Of a stretch of 64,000 nt of DNA, positions 35,834 to 48,781 are shown one piece after another. A program made the position numbers and the translations under genes. The notes under the pieces are model-generated. The model was not told where the DNA came from and did not search any database. It worked only from the letters and a program-made list of their open reading frames with translations. The DNA comes from Marsupella aquatica (lineage: Eukaryota > Plantae > Marchantiophyta): NCBI GenBank assembly GCA_973895155.1, contig OZ316894.1, positions 7,836,234 through 7,900,233 of the forward strand, given 5' to 3'. Numbering within the stretch: position 1 is the first letter of the stretch; each line of letters begins with the position of its first letter.

Positions 35834-37971
35834 TTTTCACGCCTCTCTCCACTCTTTACCCGTCCTCCTACATAATTATGCTCACTCCGCCAGGGCCGCG
35901 AGTCCGAAATGGTAGCTTCGAATCAGCCTACCCTCTACCGCCGCTCGACACTCGTCCTTGCCGATGATTTCTCGCATGCCTCGAGCTCACTCGACCGCGC
36001 AGACGACTTTCAAACGCGCGGGGGCGCCCTGGTGTATTCCCTTCATTCGACTATTTGTGCTTCAACTTTCCGCCGTCAACGCCTCTCGTTCCGCTTCGCC
36101 TCCCTCATTGACGCTACGCTACTTTGCATAGCCTGCTCGTTCACTGTTGCACCATCAATGCCAGGAGAGGCCGCTCCAAAACTGCCATATACCGACTCCT
36201 CGTTCTGCGTGCGAGCAATCTACGCTCCGAACAAATTTTTGAAACCAACACCACAATTGGCGGCTCGGAAAGCAGAATGACGAGTGTTGGATGGTCCGGC
36301 ACTCGGCCCGCCGCCGCTTCTCTCTCGGAACCACCACTCTGATGTCGATAGAATGATCAGAGAATGGCCGGTCTGCCTCGATGCAGCGCCTTCCGCCGCG
36401 CGATGAAGAGGTGCTGTGATGGGGCTCGATGTCCACACCGCAAGGTACCGTTGCTGCCGATGAGATTGCGGCTTTGGTTGCTGCAGATCATCCGACGCAA
36501 TAACAGACTGTGTGAAACAGAAAGGAATGGGCCGACACACACTGCTCGTTTCCTCGGTGAGACTGCGAACCTCGGGGATTGAAAAGAAGCAGATCGAAGC
36601 TTACTACTGCGCACACCTTCGATGTTTCGGATGGATTTCTTTCAGCTGACAACATTCAGTCCCAATTCCTCTGATTGCAGATGGAATTGGGAGGTCTTAA
36701 GGCCCTCCCACATTTATCGGTTTGTTGTTTGGAAGAGCATTCATTTTGAGCGATGTTGAGCTGAACAAATTAAGGGCGTTGAGAATTAAAAAATGGGTTG
36801 TTGAGACAAGCTATTACATTGCCCGTGGGCAAAAAATGCCAAACAGGGAGACAAGATTGGAAAAGACAAAGCAACCCAATGAAGGGAAGAAAAGATGGGA
36901 AAATGTCCCAAAAAAACAAGCCAAGGGGTCCCTAACGGGAAAGGTGACCAAAATGTAACTTATAAAGGAGTCCTGAAGGCTAACATCCCTACTGAGTGGA
37001 GAACAGTTTGGTAGAGCTAAGAAGTAAATTGCAAAGGAGAGTCCCTAAAGCTAACACCCTACTAAGTGGAGAACTGAAAAGTCTGGTAAAGCTCCGGAGT
37101 AAAGCTCCGGAGTAAACCGCAAAGGAGGACCCTGAAATGGAACCTGACGGGCGACCCCAAAAACCAACTGCCTCAGTATTACGAAGGAGGGTGAAAACCT
37201 GGGCCTGCTGAAGAGCCTCTGCCTAAACAAGACAGTGAGAACAGAAAAGGGGGGTAATGGAGAAAGATACAACTACAGGATATGGTGAGGAAGAAAGTTA
37301 ATTAGTGGGGTCCCACCCAAATGTATAAAACTATTAAAAGAAAATTGCACAGAAGTTTTCAGTGTTATGTATGGTCAAGGCCTCTAGTGGGATGGAATTG
37401 TCCAAAATAATGCCCAGGGCCTTTTACTTGGACAAGTATGAAGACTGGAGGACTTTTAAAGTGCTTTTGGGTCTTGACCCAAATTTGTAGCTTAAGAGTA
37501 AGCTCTAATAGAGAACGCTCCTTGTACGTAGCCCAGTGCAACGTGGTTGTAATCTGCTCTCAGCCTAATTCACTACTTATGGTCTTCTAATTTATTCTTT
37601 CCCGGCCCTATCTTATGATCAAGGTCACATAGTTTTACAAACAATACTAAAAGCCAGGGATTAAAGTTGCAGGAGATTTGTATGGCACTTGGACACACCC
37701 ACAGCCCTCCCCCCCATCCAGTGAAAGAGCGCATGTGGAGTCTTTTGAGTTCCCGGCCCTCAACTGAATGGGCGACAATCCAACATTGACTGAAATTTGT
37801 ATGTGTCAACCTCCTCCTTAGGCAGGATTGATGGCATAAGTGATGGATAAACATGGGCAAGGGCCTGGAACTTTTAGGCCCTTGAGGTCCTGAAAATTGA
37901 AGAAGAGAAGGTTTGCACTAAACAAAGTTCACACTTAGCAAAGTGGCAGATTCTCTTGAGCAGTGAAAGTC

Positions 37972-38097
37972 ACTTTTTCTTAACAATTGAGGAGTGCTAA
38001 GGGTGGTAAAAGAAAGGGCTCTTGACATGCAAGACTTTTTCTCAACAATTGAGGAGTGCTAAGGGCGATAAATGAAAAGGCTCTTGACATGCAAGAC
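37972..38097. repeat. ~63-bp tandem duplication
   Basis: actttttct.aacaattgaggagtgctaaggg.g.taaa.gaaa.ggctcttgacatgcaag x2. Confidence 0.8.
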
Positions 38098-39729
38098 ATT
38101 CTAAACCTGAGACCTGCTGACCCAAAAAGTTACAATTACTCGGTGTGGCCCCAAAACTAAAGCACCACTCATAAAAATCCCAGAACACTTGCTACAGCGA
38201 CACGGCAACCAGGTGTTGGGGCCAGAGGGCAAGATGAGAAAGGAATTGCAAGTCATAGCAGGAAGACACTTTCTCAGGTAACAACTTGTTTTTAGTGTCT
38301 AGAGAATAGGACCCAGAATAGCAAAAGTGCAAGCTTCCATCCACCACAACAATCAATAAGATTCAAATTGCAACCCACGTTGATAGCTTTGAAATGTCAT
38401 ATATTTGACACTTTGCTTCATGTCCAAAAGTCCTTGCGCATCAGAATCCTGATGTCAAACATAATTTGCATTTGACCATCAACTCCAAGACTTGCAGTCA
38501 TGCCAATAAAATATACATATGGAGGCTGTGACGTTTATTGCTTAGGAGTCGTGACGTTTATTGCTTAGGACAGCACAAGAGTAAGTTCTTTGGTAAAGTA
38601 GGATTATTTTGTTCGTATTAACATTTAGCTTAACCCTAAATGACCCATTTCTGACAAACTTCACCCTACGTGCCCTCTGTGGTACACCCTATATGACCCT
38701 TGACATCAGCATTTAAATTTCATACTAAATGGCACTAAATGCTATTACAGTCCTTTTAGTGAGAATTTCAATTTCCCATTTTCCCCTTACATGTCCCCTT
38801 GCTGACATGTTTAGTGCTGTCCAATTTTGAATATTCCAATCTCCACCTATTTCAGTCCCAGTGATCATATTGAAGGTCAGGGTGACTACCCATAGGATTC
38901 CCAGAAAAAACAATGGTATCACATACATTGATTAAGTTGATAAAGAAGAAACGATGTAAAGCCGAACAAAGTTTTAATTTGACCAGTGGGTATTTCCAAA
39001 AACTAAAAGACCACCAACAATTTGAGAAGGCCATTAAGAGAGAATTATAGGTAGTACACACCTTGACGAAACAGTTCCCATCAACAAAATACAAATCAAG
39101 CTCCTATCAGCGACTCGAAATCTCACAAGGCCAGAAGACGGGTTGTAGAACTCCATGATACAAAAATCTTCACACGTGGCAATCTTCACCAGCCTCTGCC
39201 AATTTCTCTAGGCAGGCAATCTCTCCAATCTTATCAGAATAACAACTTTCATGCTTTGGGTAGGCAGACAATTTATGAAGTCTCATCAGAGTAAGAACTT
39301 TCGTGCCGTGGGTGGCCAAAGCTCTTCTAACTACGTACGGTCTCTAGCTTCACACCAGCCCCAAGACTTTGCACCATAGCCCACCTCGTGGCCAAGTTAC
39401 ACTAATTCATAGTAAAAACTCTATCAGAACGACAGCTACATTTATGGAAATAATACATGGATGTCCTTGATTATCTACTCTAAATTAACGACGGGGGAAA
39501 TTTCAGATTACGACCCCACATAAATTCTTGCTGGCGCCAGACAGGGCATTTTGCATAGCATATTGCTCTGTTGGCAAAAATAGGGAGATGAATAGGTAAT
39601 CATCAAGGGATAAAACAGGTCGCAAGTAGCAAGGTAAAGCTTCCACCAACTGCTACAAGGTTGGCGAGTAGAATCAGGAGGAGATGACTTCAAGTGACCC
39701 AAGAGATCTTTGAATTGGACGTCTAATCT

Positions 39730-42700
39730 TCAAGCAGTTGAACAAGTCGAAAGCAACCGCGCAAAGCTTTCACCAATAGCCAGCTTGGCCGGTTCTGAAA
39801 CTGGTGGGTCTCCGATATACATATCAAAAAACGCACCTAGGTCGGAATCAAATACAACGCGTTATCTTTCAGCTCCATAAATCCTCCCCAAACATCAGTA
39901 CTGCGAAGGACATTGTAGCCATCTAATCATCCAAAATCCGGATTGACATCCTTCTTTCCCAAAATCTTAGAAGCAAACGTCTCTACAAATATCATTTCGT
40001 CCCGTTAGCTGAGTATGAGGAAAAGAATATGGTGAACAGCCCATAGAAACTTACGACAAAGATGGCGACTGAATATTGTTCCCACCCGCTTTCCACCAAC
40101 TGCAAAATTCAATCCGAGTATCTCAAAACGCTGCCACTCAGAATCAAGTGGCGACGAATAAGACAAGAAGCAGTCCCAAAACTGGCAAGAGTCAAAGGTC
40201 CGGACATACTCTCAGTTTGCAGAGCACCACCGCCAGGGTGCCATCGAAAGTCAATGGTTGTACCCTGTATCAAAAAATTTAGTCAAGATATCATGTCAAA
40301 AATCAATAACACATGCCAGTGGGCTTGCTAGCATTCTCATAAATACTCAAACTGTTTTCAATGAACAAGCCCTCTAGAGTAACAAGAGAGGATGACTCCA
40401 ATTGCATCTCTATCAGATATTATAAACCAGGAATCCGACATACCCGGAAAATGATGACGTCTTCGGACATTAGTGAGCAAAAATCCTTGAGTCCATTATC
40501 AGTTTCTGAGCCTTCAATCTGCAAAATCATCAAATCTCTCATCGAATAAGCAGGGAGTCACTGACATTGGGACCGATGAAGCTTAAAAATGCATCCTCTC
40601 ACGCAGAAGAAAACACAAAAGGTGGGATTGGGGCCCGTGGGCCTCCAGCCTGTTGTAAGAATGCAAGGATTGGCCTCTCATCTGATATCAGATGTTATAA
40701 CGTTAGCAGGTCATTTATTTCTCTTCTGTTGAGAATCAGACATGATGCCTCGCTTCGACGCTCTTCAGATGTGAAACCCGGATCTAAACGACATAATGTA
40801 TCCCTTCCAAAGAATCTCATGTCTGTAGCACTCAACATGAGAGATGGGTTCCCCAATCACATTCCTTTTGGCTACGTCGTAAATTGAATGAATACGGCAA
40901 TTGTGATTCTCACTTGATGATAGATCAGGCTGACCAGAAGTAAGTCTCCTCTATCATCAAGTGAGAATCCCAATCGCCGTAAGTTAGACTCATTCTCATA
41001 GTCAGGTTATTCCTTGCCAAATCTCTTCATTGTCCAAAGCCTTTTTGTCTCTCATCATAATGGGTATCTCTAGACCTAAACATCATTCATTCATCTGCCC
41101 GCTGTTACCTCCAGCAGAATAAAAAACTCTCAAGACAGTGATCCTCATAAGATACGCTTGCCCACTCTTTCCAATATTGTGATAATATGGTCGAACAGCC
41201 CAAATGGCAAAAGTTACAGCGCTTAACAAAGTCTCACCTTTTTGAGTCGAGCCGTCAAGGAAGTCTCAAATGCACTGCATCACCAAGATAAGAGTTGTAA
41301 TAAAAAGAAACAAATCTTGAGGAGCAAAAGCCAATACACACCACGCAACCAGTAGTGAGCTTAAATAACAAAAGGCACCTACCTCCGAACCATTCCCATC
41401 TTTAATCCCTTGTAGTGAACTACAAGCCTGATCGTCATGTCTACGCCTTGACTGCAAAACACAAAATCCAATCAACTCTTTCCTCTGGATTACTTTCTGG
41501 TGTGGAACAAATTACATATTTGCAAGACCCTAGCATGTTCAGAGTCTCGCACTTGCAATTGTCTCTTCAGAAAAAAATGACTAATGAGGCATGCTTCTGT
41601 ATGACTAGATGCTCAACGATGGATACACTGAGGTATACAACCCGGTTTCGTATGGACGTATTGTTTACGTCGATCTGAAACAACACCCGCAGCTGTTTTT
41701 ATTATTCATGATAGAGATTCCTGTATAAGCGATCAGCTATGGGTACTTGAAAAACAGACCTGAGTAGGTCATCATAAAACTCAGGCCGATATTTGAGTTC
41801 CTCTGGAGGTACCCCTGCGTATTTTTCTCCAATCTTTTCACGAAGTTGATCCGGTTGAACATCTGGTTCATTTCAAAATTTGTCAAATGTGTCAAAACCG
41901 TACAAAGCTCTCATCGACAGCTGCTGCCAAGAGGCAACCAGCTGCATCATAGATCAGCTGAGTCACTCGAATATGACTAAAAGATTGGGAAAAGAAAATG
42001 CAAGCGAATGAGAAACTCACATAGACCAAATGCATATATCATGATGGACTTCAGTTTGATCAAAGTCTTTGCCCGCGCCCCCACACCTGCAAGCACCTGC
42101 TCAGACAAACATTGCAGATGGGACACCAGCCCACCTACATCAGGACATTAACCAAGCATGAACAACAAACAACCTTGTAACCCCAATGGCAGCGATATAA
42201 TGACTGCTTCTTAACCTTCAAATGTACAACGCTCAACCCACACGAAGGCTATCAAAGGCAGGACCTGATTTGAAGCGTTTTGGTCATCAGAAGCAGCTTC
42301 CAAGTGCACTGGGAAGCGAACACCGGTTTTAGGTTCCACAATTACACCGTCGTCTAGTTGTCTCCTGCTCAGCTTCCCACGGGGTCTCATTGTTTCCTCG
42401 ATGTCCTCTATCATACATGCTGTTTCTGAGTCCACTTCCGCCGCCCTGGTGAAGGGCAGAAAATTTGAAGGGCTGTAACGGAGACAAAACAAATTCGAAT
42501 ATGTTAGGCTGCATAATTCATTATGCTAAAGTCTATCAGCTCCACTCCTAAAATTGGACCTCATAGCAGAAGACCATAGAGGGTAGAAATCGCACAAATA
42601 TCTGTACAAGTGAATTTAAACTCCGAAACGCTTAAAAAGTTGCTAACTGGAAAATGCTCAACCTGGGTGAAATGTCATGTCCAATGTTTGGAGGGAAATT

Positions 42701-43308
42701 CTGAAAGCAGTGAAGAGGGACGGAGAGGGGGACTGTACTTACGTATTTGTTAAAGGAGGCAGCATGGCAGCAAGCGCCACTGGTACGGCATTACAATTTC
42801 TAATTTTGCTGAAGTTTTCCAACAGCAGAGAGGTCACTCTGTTCAGAAGCACCGATGCTGCACCAGGAGAAGCAAACCCCTTTTCCAAGTGGTCCCTGTA
42901 GAACTTAGTTGCGCCTTCAAACTTCAAAAATTCTGGGCCGGCTTTGATGCTAATAACATCCTTCTCTGATTTTCCCTGACCTGCTCTGCGCTTCTTCTCA
43001 AGCTTGCTGCCTCCTCTGCCCAAGAAACGAAGCAAGCCTCCAGCCGCTTGAAGTACGGCAGCCAATCCGCCACCAATTGCAGCTTTCCCGGCACTTGGAT
43101 TGAAGTTGAAGTGTGAGACCGGAGAAGATAGTTGTCCAGAAGTGTAGGTCGCTGCAGGGCTAGGAACATTCCCATGTTGTAAGCCAGAACCAGCCCCAGG
43201 CCCAGGGGAATAAGTGCTTGAATTTGACCATATTTGGGCCGAATCTGATGATGACTTAACCACCTTGGACAATACCCAGTTGGGCAGGCTGGGCCAATTG
43301 CCCTGCAT
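39730..43308 (-). CDS. FAP2: Chalcone-isomerase-fold fatty-acid-binding protein (FAP2-like); exons 42743-43308, 42265-42472, 42021-42096, 41760-41862, 41383-41451, 41238-41274, 40444-40518, 40210-40264, 40055-40099, 39730-39836
   Basis: Spliced motifs VEPKTGVRFP, VLAGVGARAKTLIKLKSIMIYAFGLYVQPDQLREKIGEKY, MTIRLVVHYKGLKMGMVRSAFETSLTARLKK, GTTIDFRW and GGKRVGTIFSRHLCRAFFDMYIGDPPVSEPAKLAIG. GT-AG introns in phase, an in-frame stop upstream of the ATG and a 5'UTR acceptor at ~43371. The subfamily symbol is inferred from the long N-terminal extension and motifs. Confidence 0.9.
40893..40981 (-). ncRNA. Candidate intronic hairpin (pre-miRNA-like or micro-MITE)
   Basis: 32-bp arms tacggcaattgtgattctcacttgatgataga (40893-40924) / tctatcatcaagtgagaatcccaatcgccgta (40950-40981), 2 differences, 25-nt loop. 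Expression is unknown. Confidence 0.35.
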
Positions 43309-45544
43309 CTCTTCTAGGTGGAGAAGTTATCGTCTCAAAAGTCCTCGTTTGCGAGCACGTCACGGAGCACCTGAGAACACATTAAAGCTTCGTTCTTACA
43401 TTGCTCCCCAAACCTCAAAAATACTTGCAATCAACCAGGCGACCACACCATAGCTCTCTTGATGAGAGTTTCTTGTATACATAAAAAGTCTTCAATCGTT
43501 GCTTTCATACATGTCCACCATCTAAATATCTTTACTAAAACAAGTTAACTTAGCAAAGAGATCAAGTTGGTTCATTTGTTGATCATAGCAATCAGGTATT
43601 CCTTGGAAAATTTAGATTATAATGGAGCAATGCCAGACTCTGGCAAGCCACCCAAATGATTTACTTCGACAACGAGAATCGATCTTGTTTTTGCAGCGTT
43701 TCCCGCCGTTGGAAATCACACCTTGCAGGTGCTCTCCATTCGAGAGTTCATTCGCACACACAGCACTTTACGTCCATGCAACTTGTAATTTCACACGAGT
43801 TTCTAAACACTGTGCGATCTCCTAAGTCTGACCAACCGAATCTACTTTCAAAACGTGGCAAACACTGAAATTCGGTGAAGAACTACGTCCTTAATTGTTT
43901 GATGATAATCACAATCACGCTTGTCGCGACATCCAACTGCCACTAAGAGCTTAATTCTGTTGTAAACCTAAAACACTCCTTAGCACTGCGATAACTTAGA
44001 TTGTCAAGACATTAGAAAACGAGTTCAAGATGGAAAGAAGTCATCCTTCACACCACTCACTACTTAGCAAATGTCCTTAGCGATTGCCTAGACAGAAGCG
44101 CATCTACCTGAATGATCTGAGCTGAAAGACTTCATAGCAACCGTGGCTAAGGAGCAGAAAGGCCACGGAGTGATTGACAGATAATCTTGGGACCTCTTAC
44201 GGGCCTTACTCCTTAGATTCTTTCTTGATTGTTACAATGCCGAGAGAATAATATGGTACTGCTTTACAGTGTCAAATTCTTGCTTAATTGTTACAACGCC
44301 GAGAGGATTATGTGGATTTGCTTTAAAGTGAATTGGCATCATTCCAAAGAGATGTTCTAGTGCCACTGAATAAAGGCTTTTCCTCTTCTTCCGCGGTTGT
44401 TAGTCTCTCCTGCTTTGAGATGTCCGTAGTTGGTTGTCTTCAATTTGCCAGATGAGGTCATTGAATGTGAAGATTCACAAAGTAACCGAATGAATGTTGA
44501 GACACTTGGTTTCCTTGCCTGAAAGCTACAGCAGTGTAGGACACCAATATTGGCTACCTCCATCAGCTTGCAAAGGATCGATGTTCCCTAACGACTGGAA
44601 AGAGACTTCACCGCTTAATCCGTCCCCCAACAGCAAACAAGGCAACACAGCTAAAAGAAAGAAGAAGAAAAAGAGGGGGCGTACACATGAAGAACTCCTA
44701 CCACTTTCTAAGCTGGCTGGAGCGACATAGACGACCGCCGAATCTCAAACATCAGCAAGGCCACTACAGCCAGAGAGACCAACACCACACGTCCCCCTTC
44801 CAAAGGCTGCCCGCTAAGCGTGCAGCACACACAAATTGTAGAGCGTCAATCCATCATAAGCCTTAGCCAGCCAGCACTAATCCTCCACAGCAGCCCAAGC
44901 TGCTGCTGCCTCTGCCTCTGCCTCCTCCTGTTCTCTACAGTCTCTACCGTTACGTCTCTCTCCCTTTCTCACCCCCTCGCTCATCACCTAATAATAAGTA
45001 CACTCATCAATCAATGTCCGGAGCTCATCAATCCCAAGCTGCTGCTGCTGCCGCTGCCTCTGGTTCCTCGTACTCCGAGGGATCAACAGGTCGACACCCG
45101 CCCTCTCTCTCTCTCTCTCCCTCTCCCTCGCCTCGCTCATCACCTAACAATCAGCGGCCTGAATCTTCGACGCCCTACACACACCCTGCACAGTCCACTG
45201 ACGAGAATAACGAACGCAAGAGGACGCGCGACCACGATTCACTCCTCTACACAGCAACGCGTCCCGAACGTTACGGCTCGTTCGTTCTTTCTTCGCCGTG
45301 ATCGTAGCGCGCGACAATTCGTGTCCGGTGTTGCTTTCCTTTACATTCATCGTCGCTGCTCTCCTCAACGCAGGCTTTTTCTTCGTGTTTGCTCCTCCTT
45401 CTCCTCCGTTTCCTTCCGTTTCCCTTTCCTCTCCTCTACTCTCCTCCGCTCTCCTTTCCTCCCCTCGAGGTTTTTGCCTCTCCGCGGGAATCCCCGTATC
45501 TGGAGGGTATATACGAGAAATTCGCACCGTCGGACAAAATGGCA

Positions 45545-45761
45545 TTGTCCGGCCGGTTCTCCGTCAGACGACTGGTGTGGACGTTGAGAGTCCCGGCGAG
45601 TGGTGGTGACGAGAGAATAATTACACGGAGTGACGGCAGAAATGACTGGAGCAATGTGGAATTGTCCGGCCGGTCCTCCGGTAGACGACGGGAACGGACG
45701 TTGAGGGTCCCGGCGGAAGGGCGGTGACGGGAAGAATAACTATACGGTATGACGGCAGAAA
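45545..45761. repeat. ~117-bp tandem duplication upstream of the FAP2-like 5' region
   Basis: ttgtccggccggt.ctccg..agacgac.gg...ggacgttgag.gtcccggcg...gg.ggtgacg..agaataa.ta.acgg..tgacggcagaaa x2. Confidence 0.8.
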
Positions 45762-47745
45762 AGCGCGGTGCAATGCGGTGGAGCGCTTGCATTCGTGGAG
45801 AAGCAAGGAGCTAAAAACAGAAATGGTCGCCCTTCTAATGTTGCTTTTTTTCCTTTCCTTCTTCTTGAAATGAGGTTTCTATTGCAAGGACAAGAGCCCA
45901 CGAAAATAGAGCTATTGGTGAACTTACTCATGATTTTCATATGTGTTGGTGTTTGGTTTTGGAAAAAATTGAGATTTCTTTTTACACCTACGTGGTTGGC
46001 AAAAAAAATTTCATGCAAATCTTTCCTCTGGCGGAAAGAAATCTTTCCCTTCTAGTGATTTTGGTCATATCATGTCACTTTTTGTCAAGAAAGAGTCACC
46101 CGTCATGCAAATAGGTTCTTTTGAGGAATTTTTTTGGAAAAACTGCGCTAAAACAGTCACTACTTTTGTAGTTAGGCCTATTGCATTACCTTTTTTTTTA
46201 TGAATTTGTCTCTCCCTTATATTATTTTCCTTCATGCCACTTGTTCCATTGTCGTTTTTCAATTTGTCGTCACCCTCACCAATCCGCTATCATGGGCAGC
46301 CCAATTGCAAGCCAATGCAGCAAATTCAGGGATCAATTCTGCGGGCAGCAGAATTCACTGCCAATGATGTGGGGGGGGGGGGGGGGGGGGGGAAGGGATT
46401 GACTGAGGCAACAAACGTAGTAGAAAAGTTTATCAAGGCTGCTCCCACCACCTCTATCACCTTCCACACTACCCCACCAGCACTCTTTGCCGCCCTGTCC
46501 CTCCCCCCCCCCCCCCCCCCCTCTTCTCCTTGCCCTGTGTCATCTTCTTGCACCGACACATATTTGGGCTACCAACATTGAGTATCACATGAACTTGGGC
46601 CTCTCTATTAGCCCAGGTAGTCTCTAGACCATGCCATATGATTGTTGAAATGATTGGCCCAGGCATGATGTCAATAAAATATATTTTGTTGACACTTTTA
46701 TTGTACTCTCCTCTATTCTTGAACAGGTAGTCAGGGTTAGTGATATCAATTGACAGACTTGATCAATATTAGGCATTGGAATCTCACTTGTTTGAGAGTG
46801 GGACAACACAAAAATGAACTTTTGTAAATTTTGACCAGGTACATAATGGATGATCTCCAGTCTTTGTCTACATTCATCTTGGGTGAATTTAAAACTTAGT
46901 GTTGCCAATCCAATGTGTGCTAGTGCAAGAAGATGGTAGATGGCAAAAGTGTTGGTGGAGCCTTGTGAGAGGTGAACAGCATGCAGGTGATGGGGCCAGC
47001 CTTGGTCAAAAGTCTCTATAATGTTGATTGCCTCAACCAATGCTCACAAATCAGTGAATTTTGCTGCCGGCTCAATTGACCCATGAATTCCATTGCCCAC
47101 AAGCTGGGATTTGGCTGCCTGGGGACAACAAATGATGAGGATGATGGCAAAGCCACAAGGGGCAAGGAGGTGACTGTGATTTGGGCAAATAATATGATTG
47201 AAGTGACAGATTTGTCCAGCAAACCAAGTAAGGCACTGACTTGGGGGGTTTTTCTTGAAAGAATTCAAACCCAGTATAGGATGGTAGGTCTTCTGATCAT
47301 AGGAAGCCAGAAATAACACACAAAATTGTGTGGGAGAAAGAGGTAAAATGAAGTGAAACCCGGATGGACCACACTGTTTGACAATGACACAACTCAAAAG
47401 AGCCATTGCGACCACAATAGACCATTTTTGAATGTTTCTTCCAATTCAAATAGTAATCTTCCCTTTTGATGGGGGCGTTTTGGGTCACCAAAAGTACTAG
47501 GTCCAGAGTTTTTGCATGGTTACATAGTGTGGTCCATTGAAGCATCAGTTTTGCTGTGAACACAAATTTATTTACTTTAAGTAAAATGAAAAACTCAAGC
47601 TATCCAGCTTGAACCCTCTTATATTGGGGAATTTTTAAAATAGGGTCTTATCAACTTCAAAACACGTGTGGAGCATACAACATGGATTGAATAGAGATTG
47701 ACAACAGGGCCTACAAAGATCTCCTTCTATTAATAGGGAGTATAA

Positions 47746-47865
47746 AACAACAAAAACTTTCCAATTTGCCTATGAACAACACAAAACTTTCCAACTTGCC
47801 TATGAAACTACACAAAACTTCCAACTTGCCTATGAAACAACACAAAAAACTTTCCTACTTGCCTC
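47746..47865. repeat. ~31-bp minisatellite x4
   Basis: aacaacacaaaactttccaacttgcctatg(a) repeated four times with small variants. Confidence 0.9.
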
Positions 47866-48781
47866 AACACTAGTTCAGTAAAACAAACACAAATTAAAAT
47901 GTAATGATCTTCATCTCTTTTTCACCTTCTTAAAAACTTAAAACTTTGCCAATGAAAAAATTGACACGTCCCCAACTAATGTTTTGTTCTATTGTGTGCC
48001 CCACAGCAACCCCCCCCCCCCCCCTTTTGTTTTAGTTTTATGCACACTATGTACCGTCCTTTGCAAAAAGTAAGGGCCTTTCAAGATAGTTGTGTGCGTG
48101 CAGGGGGGAGGGGCAGGAGTAAACTAAGGTTGAGTTTCCTTCAATCTTAAGCTTTCCTATCTTTGGCACATCATAGTTTGCGCTTTGTATGAGTAGGAGT
48201 GGTGGGTGTTGAGCATAGACGACGATCGCAACGGCAAGCCCATGAACCATCCAACGCACAATAGTCGACACAAGAGATACGTGGTTCACCTCCTTGAGGC
48301 TACGTCCACGGGAACACACAAGAGAGCTTTACTGAACTCTAAGCCCGTCGGCTATACCGAGTCTCCACAGTGTAAGCTCTCCCTATCTCTCAAGTGGCTC
48401 CATAACAATGAGCCTTGGTTCTACCTCTCCAAGCACACATGCCTCTTATGATATAGTGTGCAACTTAGTTGTACCTAACCACATAGTTGTACCTAATCAC
48501 GTAGTTGTACCTAACCACATAGTTGTACCAACCCACGTTGTTGTACCAACCACGTCATACCTAACCTAGACGTAAGAGTAAATACCCAACAATCTTCCCC
48601 TTGACTCTGGTCTAGGGGAGAGTAATACTGCCAATGTATATGATCCCTCAGCGGGAAGTTCTGGACAAAAACCAAACCGGTTTCCCTCTCTAACTAGAGC
48701 AAACCAGAACTAAGCCGTAGCCTAATACATAGGAATGAGGAAGAGCATATATCAGTAATTACAATGAATGTTAAGAAAACT

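Noticed and set aside
44820-45609. ORFs of 255, 95 and 103 aa on the + strand
   Set aside because: Low-complexity CT-rich translations with no recognisable domain; best explained as the antisense of the FAP2-like 5'UTR/promoter.
46043-46057. Possible CACTA terminus (reverse complement cactagaagggaaag)
   Set aside because: No matching partner terminus or 3-bp TSD found; the decayed ORF-like DNA at 46600-47600 could not be assigned to a transposase.
46371-46521. G22 and C19 homopolymers able to pair
   Set aside because: Simple homopolymers also occur elsewhere in the window (29736, 48010); no supporting flanking complementarity.
47746-47865. CRISPR-like appearance of short regular repeats (also the LTR 18-mers and 57061-57560)
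   Set aside because: The units are head-to-tail without unique spacers, there are no cas genes, and the context is eukaryotic.
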